Position numbers and translations under genes: made by a program. The notes below the pieces were generated by a model. It was not told the DNA's origin, ran no database searches, and was given only the letters and a program-made list of their open reading frames with translations. 64,000 nt of DNA from Thiopseudomonas sp. (lineage in GTDB: Bacteria; Pseudomonadota; Gammaproteobacteria; Pseudomonadales; Pseudomonadaceae): positions 22,254-86,253 of the forward strand of contig JALOAC010000007.1 of NCBI GenBank assembly GCA_023228985.1, given 5' to 3'. Of the stretch, positions 11,516 to 25,026 are shown one piece after another; the first letter of the stretch is position 1; every line of letters begins with the position of its first letter.

Positions 11516-11539
11516 TTTTTATTGTTTTTGAGTATAGAT

Positions 11540-12217
11540 ATGGCTCAGTTAGACACAGTTGAACGTATTTTAGATGCAGCGGAAGCATTGTTTGCGGAAA
11601 AAGGATTTGCGGAGACCTCACTACGCCTTATAACCAGTAAGGCTCAGGTTAATTTGGCTGCGGTGAATTATCATTTTGGTTCGAAGAAATCGCTAATTCA
11701 GGCGGTTTTTTCGCGCTTTCTAGAACCCTTCTGCGCCAACCTGGATGCTGAGCTGGATCGCTTAGAGGCCAGCCAGCGACAGCCAGAAACCCTAGAGTCT
11801 TTGCTAGAGTTGCTGTTGGAGCAAACCCTCAAACTAGAGCCGCGTAACCGCAGTGACTTGTCGGTCTTTATGCGCTTGGTGGGCTTATCTTTTAGTCAAA
11901 GTCAGGGGCATTTACGGCGCTATTTAGACGAAAAATACGGCAAGGTTTTTCGCCGTTATGTGGCTTTATTGCATAAAGCAGCGCCGCAAATGTCACCCCT
12001 AGAGCTGTTCTGGCGTCTACATTTCATGATCGGCGCAGTGTCCTTTAGCATGTCAGGTATTAAAGCCTTGCGTGCCATGGCCGAAACTGATTTTCATGTT
12101 AAAACCTCAACTGAGCAAATTATGCGCATGATGGTGCCATTTTTGGCTGCTGGAATGCAGGCGCCTAGCGCCAAACTAGCTTTAGAAGACGTACAACCTA
12201 TTGCACTGGAGATGTAA
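11540..12217 (+). CDS. psrA: TetR-family regulator PsrA (fatty-acid beta-oxidation regulator)
   Basis: TVERILDAAEALFAEKGFAETSLRLITSKAQVNLAAVNYHFGSKKSLIQAVFSRFL; Pseudomonas psrA-nagZ synteny; ATG at 11540. Confidence 0.88.
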   Translation: MAQLDTVERILDAAEALFAEKGFAETSLRLITSKAQVNLAAVNYHFGSKKSLIQAVFSRFLEPFCANLDAELDRLEASQRQPETLESLLELLLEQTLKLEPRNRSDLSVFMRLVGLSFSQSQGHLRRYLDEKYGKVFRRYVALLHKAAPQMSPLELFWRLHFMIGAVSFSMSGIKALRAMAETDFHVKTSTEQIMRMMVPFLAAGMQAPSAKLALEDVQPIALEM

Positions 12218-12222
12218 GATTA

Positions 12223-12726
12223 GTGAAGCTGTATAGAAGCCAAATTGATGCATTATATGTTTCTATTGCGCAACAACGCATGACTGCTTATGCGGGCGAA
12301 GAACTGATTCAAACCTATAGTATTTCTACGGCGCTGGCCGGCGCTGGTGAGCAAAAAAATTCCGGCTGTACACCGCGTGGCAAACACTATGTACGCGCTA
12401 AAATTGGTGCGGATATGCCTCTGGGTGCGGTTTTTAGCGGACGACGCTGGACGGGCGAAATTTGCACACCTGAACTGCAGGAGCAACACCCTGAACGGGA
12501 TTGGATTCTAACGCGCATCCTTTGGTTGAGCGGTTGTGAGCTGGGTAAAAACAGGCTAGGCGAAGTAGATACCTTTGCGCGTTATGTTTATATTCACGGC
12601 ACGCCAGATACGCACTTGCTAGGACAGCCTGTATCACATGGCTGTATCCGCATGGAAAACCAAGAGCTGGCTGAGCTGTTTAATCAGGTGAGCGTCGGCA
12701 CTTTAGTGCACATTAATGAGAAGTGA
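12223..12726 (+). CDS. L,D-transpeptidase (YkuD family)
   Basis: YIHGTPD...SHGCIRM catalytic motif. Confidence 0.88.
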   Translation: MKLYRSQIDALYVSIAQQRMTAYAGEELIQTYSISTALAGAGEQKNSGCTPRGKHYVRAKIGADMPLGAVFSGRRWTGEICTPELQEQHPERDWILTRILWLSGCELGKNRLGEVDTFARYVYIHGTPDTHLLGQPVSHGCIRMENQELAELFNQVSVGTLVHINEK

Positions 12727-12763
12727 TTGTTTTGATGAGTATTTTTTATAAGGAAGAAGTTTT

Positions 12764-14505
<1,742 letters not shown>

Positions 14506-14515
14506 GCTGTTTTGT

Positions 14516-15277
14516 TCAGTTACTATGCAAGGGTTCAGCTGCTTGAACCCCTGCAATAGTAATAAAACCATGGGCAAATCGTGCCCATTGGCCGTTGATA
14601 ACGCTTTGATTAGGCCAATGCCTAGAGAGCTCTTTTAATAGACGAATCTTAAAGGTTCCGTCATCGTTGAGGCTGATGACTTCTGCATCCAAAAAACCAA
14701 AGTAACGCTGGGTGAGAGGGTTAAGCGTTTTAAACAGGCTTTCCTTAGCGGAAAAAATACAGGTTAAAAATTCCGCAAACGACCAGAGGTTGACGGATTC
14801 AAACAAGTCTAACTCCGATTGTCTAAGCACCGCTTTGTGTAGGCGCTCAGCGCGAGTGTTTGCTATGCAGCGCTCAATATCCATACCTAATGCCAACCAA
14901 TCCTGCTGCCGCGATACCACTGCAGCGGCCCAGCCGTGACTATGGCTGATTGAACCACATAAACCTTGTGGCCAGTCAGGCTGTCCTGTATCTGGATGGC
15001 GTGCAGGAACAACAGGGCTGGCAATAATTTGGTTCAGTGCGTGTTGCGCACAGTAACGCCCCGCAACAAACTCAGCTTGGCGTTTATTGGTGGCCTTAAG
15101 TGGGGGCAGGGCCAGTTTTTCAAAATCTGTACTGCTAACCCACTCGGCATTAAAATTAGACGCGGCAAACGCGCAACCTGACCATGGATTGTTAAAGGGC
15201 CAGTCCTGATTAATCTGCGTAATAAAGGGAGTTTTGTTTGTTTGCTGAGGTGCTTTTGCGTTAATGGCTTTATCCAA
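14516..15277 (-). CDS. 4'-phosphopantetheinyl transferase (EntD/PcpS type)
   Basis: KRQAEFVAGR, WPQGLCGSISHS, GMDIE and FSAKESLFK motifs. Confidence 0.92.
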   Translation of the reverse strand: MDKAINAKAPQQTNKTPFITQINQDWPFNNPWSGCAFAASNFNAEWVSSTDFEKLALPPLKATNKRQAEFVAGRYCAQHALNQIIASPVVPARHPDTGQPDWPQGLCGSISHSHGWAAAVVSRQQDWLALGMDIERCIANTRAERLHKAVLRQSELDLFESVNLWSFAEFLTCIFSAKESLFKTLNPLTQRYFGFLDAEVISLNDDGTFKIRLLKELSRHWPNQSVINGQWARFAHGFITIAGVQAAEPLHSN

Positions 15278-15328
15278 TGAAATGAATTGTGTTATAAATG
15301 CAGTGTTTTTTAGTGTATTTTATTATAA

Positions 15329-16339
<1,011 letters not shown>

Positions 16340-16430
16340 TAACATTGAGCTGGCTAGGGTTGCTTGCTACTATGCGCGCCTTATTATGGCTGCTGGGCTA
16401 GCTATTATTAGTTTAAGGAGAGGTCGGGTA

Positions 16431-17291
16431 ATGGCTGAGTATCGCGAAACACTACACAAGAATTATGGTCAGTACTTTGCAGTGGATAAAATGCTGCATG
16501 AAGTGCGCACCGAACACCAACATTTAGTTATTTTTGAAAATGCCTTAATGGGGCGAGTGATGGCGCTTGATGGTGCTATCCAGACCACTGAGGCGGATGA
16601 GTTTTTTTACCATGAAATGCTCACCCATACACCTATTTTGGCGCATGGCGCTGCCCGTCGTGTGCTGATTATCGGCGGCGGTGATGGCGGTATGTTGCGC
16701 GAAGTGTGTCGTCACGCCAGCGTTGAGCATGTGACCATGGTCGAGATCGATCAAGCGGTGGTGGATATGTGTAAAGAGTATCTGCCCAAGCACTCCAACG
16801 GTGCGTTTGATGATCCGCGTGTCAATCTAGTGATTGATGACGGTATGAGTTTCGTGGCTAATTGCACTGATACGTTTGATGTGATTATTAGTGACTGTCC
16901 AGACCCAACAGGCCCTGCAGAAGTGCTGTTCTCGGAAGGATTTTACGAAGCGTGCCATCGTTGTCTAACCGCAGACGGGATTTTGGTGGCCCAAAACGGT
17001 ACGCCTTTCTTGCAGTTGGATGAGGTGAAAACCACGGCTAAGCATATTTCAGCTTTGTTTGCCGACTGGCATTTTTACCATGCGGCGGTACCGACTTACA
17101 TTGGTGGGGCGATGACCTTTGCGTGGGCGGCTAAGAATCCGGCGACACGTCAGCAACCCTTAGCGGTGTTGCGTCAGCGCTATGCTGAGAGTGGCGTGAC
17201 CACGCGCTATTACAACGCGGATATTCATCAGGCAGCGTTTGCGCTACCGCAATATGTTTTGCAAGCGATTGGTAAACACAATAACGATTAA
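16431..17291 (+). CDS. speE: Polyamine aminopropyltransferase (spermidine synthase)
   Basis: [22 protein letters not shown] and [11 protein letters not shown] motifs; AGGAG RBS before ATG 16431. Confidence 0.93.
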   Translation: MAEYRETLHKNYGQYFAVDKMLHEVRTEHQHLVIFENALMGRVMALDGAIQTTEADEFFYHEMLTHTPILAHGAARRVLIIGGGDGGMLREVCRHASVEHVTMVEIDQAVVDMCKEYLPKHSNGAFDDPRVNLVIDDGMSFVANCTDTFDVIISDCPDPTGPAEVLFSEGFYEACHRCLTADGILVAQNGTPFLQLDEVKTTAKHISALFADWHFYHAAVPTYIGGAMTFAWAAKNPATRQQPLAVLRQRYAESGVTTRYYNADIHQAAFALPQYVLQAIGKHNND

Positions 17292-17370
17292 AAAAGAGCC
17301 TAGCAGCTGTTGCTGACTAGGCTCTGGTGTTGCATTAAAAAGCTCTTAAACTAAGTTTAGGAGCTTTTTT
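17291..17370. terminator. Two tandem hairpins between convergent speE and SCP2 genes
   Basis: AGAGCCTAG...CTAGGCTCT (17295-17325) preceded by an A-run, then AAAAAGCTC...GAGCTTTTT (17337-17370). Confidence 0.75.
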
Positions 17371-17374
17371 GTTT

Positions 17375-17686
17375 TTAAACGGGGAACAACTCGCCAAGCT
17401 TCATAGCGAGCATCATATCGCCTTCCGCTGCGAGTCTGCCGCCCATAAAGGCTTGCATACCATCGGTTTCACCGCTGGCAATTTCTTTAAAGGTATCGCT
17501 GTCCATAATAAGCGTGACGTTTGCATCGGCTGCATCACCCGCCTGTACATTACAGGTTCCGTCTTTTACGATGAGGTGGTAGTTTTCGCCATCGGTGATA
17601 TTGAACTGGAAAGTAAGGTCAAGGCCAGCAGCAGCGGCAGAATCAAAGTTTGCGATGTATTTTTCAATAATCTCAGCAGCAGACAT
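17375..17686 (-). CDS. SCP2 sterol/lipid-binding domain protein
   Basis: 103 aa; FQFNITDG...GETDGMQAFMGGRLAAEGDMMLAMKL typical of SCP2. Confidence 0.92.
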   Translation of the reverse strand: MSAAEIIEKYIANFDSAAAAGLDLTFQFNITDGENYHLIVKDGTCNVQAGDAADANVTLIMDSDTFKEIASGETDGMQAFMGGRLAAEGDMMLAMKLGELFPV

Positions 17687-17769
17687 GGTTTTTATCCTTA
17701 TTAGATAATTGATAGAAGGGTAGCGGTGGTCGCTGTTTACAGCTAAAGAGTAGGGTTAAGCGGCTGCGC

Positions 17770-17797
17770 TGTCAAATAGTTTCATACGCATGTTTGA
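17770..17797 (-). promoter_or_regulatory. SCP2 promoter -35 (TTGACA, minus strand 17775-17770) with adjacent PsrA-like operator (17782-17797)
   Basis: The minus strand reads TCAAAC-ATGC-GTATGA, with both 6-bp arms identical to the fadB site. Confidence 0.7.
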
Positions 17798-17876
17798 AAT
17801 CATTATGGGTTTGTCTGTTTGCTGTATAATTGACCGATCGTTTTTACACTAATTATTCGAGTTTTATGGAGGCTCT

Positions 17877-18899
17877 GTGGACTTTATTCTGGACTATGCA
17901 GGTTTTTTATTGCGTGCAGTTACCGTAATTATTGTGGTGGTGGTTATCTTAGCTTTCGCGGCCAGCGCAAAAGGCCGCGGCAGAAGCAAAGAAGGCAGTT
18001 TGCATGTGAAGTCGCTCAACGAGTTTTATGGCGATCTTAAACAGCAGCTTCAGGCTGAGTTGCTGGATAAGAAACAGCTTAAAGCCGTGAATAAACAAGA
18101 GGCTGATAAGGCGAAACACGCGAAGAAACAAAAAACTGAACAGTCGCGTGTCTTTGTGCTGGATTTTGCTGGTGATATAAAAGCTTCAGCGGCGGATAGT
18201 TTACGCCACGAAGTGACGGCGCTGCTCTCCATGGCTAAGAAAGACGACGAGGTGGTGCTCAGGCTGGAAAGTACCGGGGGCATGGTGCATAGCTATGGCT
18301 TTGCTGCATCACAGTTGGCGCGGATTCGTCAAGCTGGCATTCCGTTAACTATTTGTGTGGATAAAGTGGCGGCCAGTGGCGGTTATATGATGGCGTGCTT
18401 GGGGGATAAAATCCTCAGCGCACCCTTTGCGATTTTGGGATCGGTGGGTGTGGTAGCGCAGTTACCCAATATTCATCGACTACTGAAAAAGCATGATATC
18501 GATGTGGAAATTCTGACAGCGGGTGAATACAAGCGCACATTAACAGTGCTGGGTGAAAACACCGAGCAAGGGCGTAAAAAGTTTCTAGAGGATTTACAAA
18601 CCACTCATGATTTATTCAAAGAGTTTGTGGTTGGTTACCGCCCACAGTTGGATATCAATAAAGTTGCTACAGGTGAGATTTGGCTAGGAACCGATGCGCT
18701 AAAACTTGAGTTGGTGGATCAATTACAAACCAGTGATGAGTATCTGTCTAAGCGGGCGCAAGAAAGTAAAGTCTACGCGCTGGAATACGCATTTCGCAAA
18801 AGCATGCAAGAACGTATCGGTTTAGCCGCATTGTTGACTACAGACTCGTTTCTACTACGTTGGTGGGAAAGACTGTTACAGCAAAGGTTTTGGCGTTAG
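17877..18899 (+). CDS. sohB: Inner-membrane S49 peptidase SohB
   Basis: N-terminal TM; LRLESTGGMVHSYG, DKVAASGGYMMAC, GSVGVV and TAGEYKRT. Confidence 0.94.
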   Translation: MDFILDYAGFLLRAVTVIIVVVVILAFAASAKGRGRSKEGSLHVKSLNEFYGDLKQQLQAELLDKKQLKAVNKQEADKAKHAKKQKTEQSRVFVLDFAGDIKASAADSLRHEVTALLSMAKKDDEVVLRLESTGGMVHSYGFAASQLARIRQAGIPLTICVDKVAASGGYMMACLGDKILSAPFAILGSVGVVAQLPNIHRLLKKHDIDVEILTAGEYKRTLTVLGENTEQGRKKFLEDLQTTHDLFKEFVVGYRPQLDINKVATGEIWLGTDALKLELVDQLQTSDEYLSKRAQESKVYALEYAFRKSMQERIGLAALLTTDSFLLRWWERLLQQRFWR

Positions 18900-18988
18900 T
18901 CTAGAGGTTCTTTGTATAAGTCTGATGTATATAAGTCGCGTCAATCAGCAGTACCTGCTTAGCGTAAATTCATGTGGTGGAGTAAAAA

Positions 18989-19975
18989 ATGAGCAATTAT
19001 CTAGCGTTATGGGTCACAGAAGAGCCTGAGTTTCAGCAGCAAGTTATCGAGCGAGCTAAGGAAGACTTGCCACAGGGTGATGTGCTTATTCGAGTCAAAT
19101 ACTCCTCACTGAACTATAAAGATGCACTATCGGCGATGGGCAATAAAGGGGTAACAAGGACGTATCCACATACGCCCGGTATTGATGCGGCTGGGGTGGT
19201 GGAAAGCTCTACCGAGCCCGAGTTTGCAGTGGGTGATGAAGTTATAGTCACTGGTTATGATTTGGGTATGAATACCTTCGGTGGCTTGGCGCAATATATT
19301 CGCGTGCCTGCTGATTGGGTGATTAAGCGGCCGCAGGGCTTGTCTTTACGTGAGTCGATGATTCTAGGTACGGCTGGCTTGACCGCTGCCTTGTGTGTTG
19401 AAAAGCTGGTGCGAGCTGGTTTGCGACCAAGTGATGGTGACGTGCTGGTGACCGGCGCCACAGGAGGTGTAGGCTCGATCGCGATTAAGTTGCTAAGCCA
19501 GTTGGGTTACTCCGTGGTCGCAGCAACAGGCAAGGTAGAGCAGCAGACGGATTTTTTAAAGCAGCTAGGCGCTAGTCAGGTGATTGACCGTGCTGAGTTG
19601 TTGGAGGGTGCAGACAAGCCGCTACTGCGTCCACGCTGGGCTGGTGCGGTAGATACTGTCGGCGGTGAGATGATGTTTAATGTGATTAAAGCATTGAATT
19701 ACGGCGCGAGTATGGCTTGTTGTGGCTTAACTGCAGGCGTTGATTTTAAAGGCAATGTCTTTCCGTTTATTTTGCGTGGTACGAACTTGTTAGGCGTTGA
19801 TTCAGTTGAGTTGCCTATCGTGATTAAGGCCTCGATGTGGGATAAGTTGTCATTGCAATGGAAAATGGATTTAGAGTCTCTAGTGCAAGAGATTAATCTT
19901 AGTGAAGTTGCCGAGGCGATAAAAACCATGTTGGCTGGTCAGCAACGCGGACGTATTTTAGTGCGCGTTGATTAA
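18989..19975 (+). CDS. YhdH/AcuI-family NADPH oxidoreductase (acryloyl-CoA reductase-like)
   Basis: SSLNYKDAL, PGIDAAG, VLVTGATGGVGS and ILRGTNLLGVDSV. Confidence 0.9.
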   Translation: MSNYLALWVTEEPEFQQQVIERAKEDLPQGDVLIRVKYSSLNYKDALSAMGNKGVTRTYPHTPGIDAAGVVESSTEPEFAVGDEVIVTGYDLGMNTFGGLAQYIRVPADWVIKRPQGLSLRESMILGTAGLTAALCVEKLVRAGLRPSDGDVLVTGATGGVGSIAIKLLSQLGYSVVAATGKVEQQTDFLKQLGASQVIDRAELLEGADKPLLRPRWAGAVDTVGGEMMFNVIKALNYGASMACCGLTAGVDFKGNVFPFILRGTNLLGVDSVELPIVIKASMWDKLSLQWKMDLESLVQEINLSEVAEAIKTMLAGQQRGRILVRVD

Positions 19976-19986
19976 ATTAGAGCAAT

Positions 19987-20014
19987 AAAAAAGGCTGCCG
20001 CGGCAGCCTTTTTT
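19987..20014. terminator. Bidirectional intrinsic terminator between yhdH-like gene and fabB
   Basis: AAAAAAGGCTGC-CGCG-GCAGCCTTTTTT. Confidence 0.88.
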
Positions 20015-20031
20015 GTGCAGTGCTAACTAAA

Positions 20032-21249
20032 TCAGTGGTTATAACGTTGTAACACCAGCGTGGCGTTAGTGCCACCAAAACCGAAGCTGTTACTCATAAT
20101 GGTATTGAGCGTTACGTTTTCTTGGGTTTTGGTGATTATATTTAAACCCTTAGCCGCTTCATCCATGTCTTCGATATTGACCGAACCGGCAATAAAATTA
20201 TTTTCCATCATCAGCAACGAGTAAATGGCCTCTTGTACGCCAGTGGCGCCTAAAGAGTGACCAGACAAACTCTTGGTGGAGCTGATTGCAGGGTTTTTAT
20301 CGCCAAATACTTCGCGGATAGCGTTAAGTTCTGCTGTATCGCCCACTGGCGTAGAAGTGCCGTGCGTGTTGATGTAGTCAACCGGAGCGTCCACGTTGTT
20401 TAGGGCCTGTTGCATGCAGCGAACTGCGCCTTCACCGCTGGGTGCGACCATGTCGTAACCGTCGGATGTAGCGCCGTAGCCTACGATCTCAGCATAAATT
20501 TTAGCGCCGCGCTTTAAGGCATGCTCAAGTTCTTCAACAACTATCATGCCGCCACCGCCAGCAATGACAAAACCATCACGTTTACTGCAGTAAGCACGGG
20601 AAGCTTTGTCTGGGGTGTCGTTGTATTGAGTGGAGAGCGCGCCCATCGCATCAAACAGGCAGCTTTGGCTCCAATGCTCTTCTTCACCACCACCGGCAAA
20701 AACCACGTCTTGTTTGCCGAGCTGGATTTGCTCAACGGCTTGACCAATGCAGTGAGCACTGGTCGCGCAAGCTGAAGAAACAGAGTAGTTCACCCCTTTG
20801 ATTTTGAAAGGAGTCGCCAAGCAGGCTGAAACGGTACTGCCCATGGTGCGGGTAACGCGGTAAGGGCCGATACGCTTAACGCCTTTTTCACGCAGGGTGT
20901 CGATGGCTTCCATTTGGTTCAAAGTAGAGGCACCGCCGGAACCCGCAATCAAACCCGTGCGCGGGTTAGATACCTGCTCTTCAGTTAGGCCGCTATCTTC
21001 AATCGCTTGCTGCATGGAAAGATAGGCAAAGGCAGCTGCGTCGCCCATAAAGCGAAGTACTTTGCGATCAATCAATTCGTTTAAATCGATATCTACAGAG
21101 CCGGAAACTTGGCTGCGCAAGCCAGCCTCAGCATAGCTTGGGTTAAAACGAATACCAGAGCGACCAGTACGCAAGCTGTCTATAACTGTGTTTTTATCTG
21201 TTCCTAAGCAAGAAACAATACCAATACCTGTGATTACTGCACGACGCAT
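20032..21249 (-). CDS. fabB: 3-oxoacyl-ACP synthase I
   Basis: SSACATSAH (catalytic Cys), [17 protein letters not shown] and [10 protein letters not shown]; start MRRAVITG at 21249. Confidence 0.96.
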   Translation of the reverse strand: MRRAVITGIGIVSCLGTDKNTVIDSLRTGRSGIRFNPSYAEAGLRSQVSGSVDIDLNELIDRKVLRFMGDAAAFAYLSMQQAIEDSGLTEEQVSNPRTGLIAGSGGASTLNQMEAIDTLREKGVKRIGPYRVTRTMGSTVSACLATPFKIKGVNYSVSSACATSAHCIGQAVEQIQLGKQDVVFAGGGEEEHWSQSCLFDAMGALSTQYNDTPDKASRAYCSKRDGFVIAGGGGMIVVEELEHALKRGAKIYAEIVGYGATSDGYDMVAPSGEGAVRCMQQALNNVDAPVDYINTHGTSTPVGDTAELNAIREVFGDKNPAISSTKSLSGHSLGATGVQEAIYSLLMMENNFIAGSVNIEDMDEAAKGLNIITKTQENVTLNTIMSNSFGFGGTNATLVLQRYNH

Positions 21250-21260
21250 ACATTCCATCC

Positions 21261-21776
21261 TTAAAAAGAATCAGTGGAAGTAAATAGGCCGACTCTTAAG
21301 CCTTCGGCACTATAGATTTCACGACCATCAACACTCACGGTGCCGTCAGCAATTGCTAGGATTAGTGAGCGGTTAATGGTGCGCTTGATATGAATGTTGT
21401 AAGTGACCTTTTTAGCTGTGGGTAGTACTTGACCAAAAAATTTGACGTCCCCCGAGCCTAATGCGCGACCGCGGCCAGGGTTACCTTGCCAGCCTAAGTG
21501 AAAACCAACCAATTGCCACATGGCGTCTAGACCAAGACAGCCGGGCATTACTGGGTCACCTTCAAAGTGACAGCCGAAAAACCATAGGTCAGGATTAATA
21601 TCTAACTCGGCGACAATTTCACCTTTACCGTACTTACCACCTGTTTCGCAGATGTGCGTAATGCGATCAATCATCAGCATATTGGGCGCTGGCAACTGCG
21701 CATTACCGGGTCCGAAGAGTTCTCCACGACTGCACTTTAGAAGCTCTTCGTAGGTAAAGGAATTTTGTTTGCTCAT
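21261..21776 (-). CDS. fabA: 3-hydroxydecanoyl-ACP dehydratase/isomerase
   Basis: [25 protein letters not shown] motif. Confidence 0.97.
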   Translation of the reverse strand: MSKQNSFTYEELLKCSRGELFGPGNAQLPAPNMLMIDRITHICETGGKYGKGEIVAELDINPDLWFFGCHFEGDPVMPGCLGLDAMWQLVGFHLGWQGNPGRGRALGSGDVKFFGQVLPTAKKVTYNIHIKRTINRSLILAIADGTVSVDGREIYSAEGLRVGLFTSTDSF

Positions 21777-22106
21777 GCTGGATCCTTGTAAAGTGTTCTC
21801 TTAGTAGGCGTAAAATAATTGCCTATTTAAATCTGAGTAACAAGAAAAATCTATAGAACTTAAGACTTTATATTGTGTTGGCGCAAAGCTGCTCGTTAGT
21901 AATGCATTGAAGTCTTAACTAAAAAACAGCATTTTACAGTACAGATAGACAGGCGCTACTTAACCTAAGTCACATGTTCATGGTAGTAATGCGTGTTTGG
22001 AGCATTAATATGGCAAAGCGGACCTTTCCTGTTGCGCTGTAAAGCGCTTTGTCTTGTATAGTATCGAGCAGGAAAAAATGTAGGCGTAGAACAAATAGGG
22101 GCTGTT

Positions 22107-23015
22107 ATGCAGGGTGTTTTATTGGCGTTATGGCCTATATTTGCTTTGATTGTAAGCGGGTTTGTGTTGCAAAAATTACGGGTGTTCGGCGCGGAATTTT
22201 GGATTGGTGCGGAAAAGCTAAACTATTTTTTCTTGTTTCCAGCACTTTTGATCAGCAGTTTAACGCTAGCCCCTTTTTTTAGCTCCGAGTTGCCGCAGAT
22301 GGCGTTGCTGATAGTTATCAGTATCGCACTAGCTTGGTTTTTTTTGCAGCTTTTACGTAAGCGTTATAGCTGGCCAGCGGCGCGATTTGGTGTGTTAGCG
22401 CAAGGGGCGCTGCGCTTTAATACTTACCTGGGTTTGGCCGTTGTTGCTGCTTTATTTGGCAAGGAAGGCTTGGCTTTGGCTGCCATTATTCTAGCCATTA
22501 AAGTACCTATTCTGAATCTATTGTCGGTGTGGGCTTTAGCCGCTGGCAAAGAGGTACGTGTACGGCAGTTACTGTTGCCGATACTCAAAAACCCTTTAAT
22601 TTTGGCCTGTTTTGTTGGCATTGCTTTGAACCTGTCTGGGGTGGGGCTGCCGTTAGGTAGCGACAGGTTTTTAAGTATGCTGGGTGCGGCTAGTTTGCCC
22701 TTGGGTTTGCTTTGCGTAGGCGCTGCTTTGCAGCCGGCTTATTTGCTGGGTGAGCGGCATGCCTTGTTGTTAAATAGTGTTGGTAAATTGCTACTGCTGC
22801 CGTGTTTGGTCGGTTTACTTGCTTGGCTATTACAGTTGCCCGCTTTGGCTGGCGCTTTAGTGGTGATATTTTTTGCCTTACCAACGGCGCCGAGTGCCTA
22901 TATTTTAGCTCGACAAATGGGTGGCGACAGCCAGTTGATGGCGGGCATTATTACCATGCAAACGTTGTTGGCCGCGCTAAGTTTACCCTTGGTGTTGATG
23001 CTGTTGCCGGGCTGA
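22107..23015 (+). CDS. AEC (auxin efflux carrier) family transporter
   Basis: 302 aa with about 10 hydrophobic segments; RFNTYLG and LPTAPSAYILARQMGGD. Confidence 0.85.
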   Translation: MQGVLLALWPIFALIVSGFVLQKLRVFGAEFWIGAEKLNYFFLFPALLISSLTLAPFFSSELPQMALLIVISIALAWFFLQLLRKRYSWPAARFGVLAQGALRFNTYLGLAVVAALFGKEGLALAAIILAIKVPILNLLSVWALAAGKEVRVRQLLLPILKNPLILACFVGIALNLSGVGLPLGSDRFLSMLGAASLPLGLLCVGAALQPAYLLGERHALLLNSVGKLLLLPCLVGLLAWLLQLPALAGALVVIFFALPTAPSAYILARQMGGDSQLMAGIITMQTLLAALSLPLVLMLLPG

Positions 23016-23182
23016 GCTAGGTAACAAGGCCGCAAACTATACTGGCTGGAGTCATGTGTTTTTTTATCGGCAGGAATACCGGGCTTTTTTATGCAGTATA
23101 AGTATCAGGTAAATAGATTGGTGAAGGCAGGCTAGATCTCTATAATGCTTGGATTCGCCATAGGGCGGTGGGAGAAATATGA

Positions 23183-24211
23183 ATGACAGCAACTAAGCCT
23201 ATTGCCGTTTTAGGTGGTGGTAGTTTTGGCACTGCGCTCGCTAATTTGTTAGCGGGCAATCAACAGAGAGTTTTGTTGTGGATGCGCGATGAGCAACAAG
23301 CTGCTTATATGCGTGAACATGGTAAAAATCCACGCTATTTAAAAGATATACCGTTACTTAATGGTATCGAGCCGGTTACTGATTTGGCTGCGAGTTTGGC
23401 CGCCTGCGATATAGTTTTTGTGGCTTTGCCTTCAACAGCATTGCGCGCCGTGTTAGAGCCTTATGCGGACGTGCTGAGCAGCAAGCTACTGATCAGCACG
23501 ACCAAGGGTATTGAGGCTGATACCTTTAAACTGATGAGCCAGATTTTGGAAGATATTGCTCCTCGGGCACGTATTGGTGTGCTGTCGGGCCCTAATTTGG
23601 CGCGAGAGATTGCCGAACAGGCGCTGACCGCTAGCGTGATTGCCAGTGAAGACGCTGATTTGTGCGCACAAGTGCAATTAGTGCTGCATGGCGACACGTT
23701 CCGCGTGTATGCCAGTACGGACCGTTTTGGTGTTGAGCTGGGCGGGGCATTAAAAAATGTCTATGCCATTATGGCTGGCATGGCTGCCGCTATGGGTATG
23801 GGTGAGAATACTCGCAGCATGCTGATTACTCGGGCATTAGCAGAAATGACACGTTTTGCCGTAAAACTGGGCGCCAATCCGATGACGTTTTTGGGTTTGG
23901 CCGGTGTGGGCGATCTGGTGGTGACCTGCAGTTCGGTAAAAAGTCGTAATTATCAAGTGGGCTATGCCTTGGGTGAAGGTTTGAGCTTAGAGCAAGCGGT
24001 TGAGCGCCTAGGTGAGGTGGCTGAGGGTGTGCACACCATTAAGGTGCTCAAGCAAAAAGCTGAAGAATTAGACGTTTATATGCCGTTGGTTACGGGGTTG
24101 CATGCAGTGTTATTTGAAGGCTACACCATGAAACAGGTGGTGGGTGGCTTGATGCTGGGCGAACCTAAAACCGAAGTTGATTTTATTTCCATTGAGGGTT
24201 TTGGAGTATGA
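23183..24211 (+). CDS. gpsA: NAD(P)H-dependent glycerol-3-phosphate dehydrogenase
   Basis: [25 protein letters not shown] and GVGDLVVTC...SRN. Confidence 0.96.
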   Translation: MTATKPIAVLGGGSFGTALANLLAGNQQRVLLWMRDEQQAAYMREHGKNPRYLKDIPLLNGIEPVTDLAASLAACDIVFVALPSTALRAVLEPYADVLSSKLLISTTKGIEADTFKLMSQILEDIAPRARIGVLSGPNLAREIAEQALTASVIASEDADLCAQVQLVLHGDTFRVYASTDRFGVELGGALKNVYAIMAGMAAAMGMGENTRSMLITRALAEMTRFAVKLGANPMTFLGLAGVGDLVVTCSSVKSRNYQVGYALGEGLSLEQAVERLGEVAEGVHTIKVLKQKAEELDVYMPLVTGLHAVLFEGYTMKQVVGGLMLGEPKTEVDFISIEGFGV

Positions 24212-24543
24212 GCATGAATAAGCAAGCCAAGCGTTTAGCTCGAGAAGCCATCATTTTTCGTATTATCTGGATGCTGGTTTTTTTGCTGGCTTGGCAGATA
24301 GCGGTGCCTCTGTTGGGGTTAGTGGTTTTAGCGCAGTTAGTGTTTCGTTTGATTTATGCGGCGCCTCATCAAAATCTGATGAGTTTCGGTGACTCGTTAA
24401 GCCAGTATTTGCTGCAAATAGGGCGTTTTGAGGTGTTTAGCACTGATGAAAAGCCTTGGCCGGTGGCTGATTGGCCGCAAGCTAACCCTGCTGAAGGCGA
24501 GGCGGCTTATCAGCAGCACAAGCAAACAGATACAGCAGGGTAG
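24208..24543 (+). CDS. DUF4389-like small membrane protein
   Basis: Two hydrophobic helices followed by FGDSLSQY...EKPWP; lies between gpsA and sixA as in Pseudomonas. Confidence 0.75.
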   Translation: MSMNKQAKRLAREAIIFRIIWMLVFLLAWQIAVPLLGLVVLAQLVFRLIYAAPHQNLMSFGDSLSQYLLQIGRFEVFSTDEKPWPVADWPQANPAEGEAAYQQHKQTDTAG

Positions 24544-24552
24544 TTAATAAGC

Positions 24553-25011
24553 ATGAAACTTTGGTTGTTACGTCATGGGGAGGCGCAGCCCTATCAGCGC
24601 AAAGATGCTGAACGGCAACTGACAGAGCGGGGCCGTAAGCAAGTGGTTGAGGCAGCGCAAAGTGTTGCCGGCAACAGGTTTACGCACGTTTTATGCAGCC
24701 CCTATATTAGGGCGAGGCAAACAGCTGAGATTTTTCTACCAGCAGTAAATTATCACAAAGATCCCGAGATAGTACCTTGGCTAACTCCAGAAAGTAGTGT
24801 GGCCGAAGCGCAGCGTTATTTGGCTAGCTATACTGAGGATAGCTTGTTATTAATAGGGCATCAGCCACTCTTGGGAAATCTGGTTGGCTGGTTTTGTGAC
24901 GGTAGCACGCAGTACTCAATGCCATTAGCAACAGCAACTGTGGTGCAGTTAGAGGGGGATTGCCTGGCGGCAGCAATGAAACTGTTGTCAGTGCAACATG
25001 TAGAAAGTTAA
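24553..25011 (+). CDS. sixA: Phosphohistidine phosphatase
   Basis: LLRHGEA, RQLTERG, CSPYIRARQTA and LLIGHQP. Confidence 0.92.
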   Translation: MKLWLLRHGEAQPYQRKDAERQLTERGRKQVVEAAQSVAGNRFTHVLCSPYIRARQTAEIFLPAVNYHKDPEIVPWLTPESSVAEAQRYLASYTEDSLLLIGHQPLLGNLVGWFCDGSTQYSMPLATATVVQLEGDCLAAAMKLLSVQHVES

Positions 25012-25026
25012 CAAGAAGGAGAGCCT

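Noticed and set aside
21907-21918. Partial match (GAAGTCTTA) of the TnpB guide to the fabA upstream region, suggesting regulatory targeting
   Set aside because: It is only 9 nt, the first two seed bases mismatch and there is no TTAT TAM.
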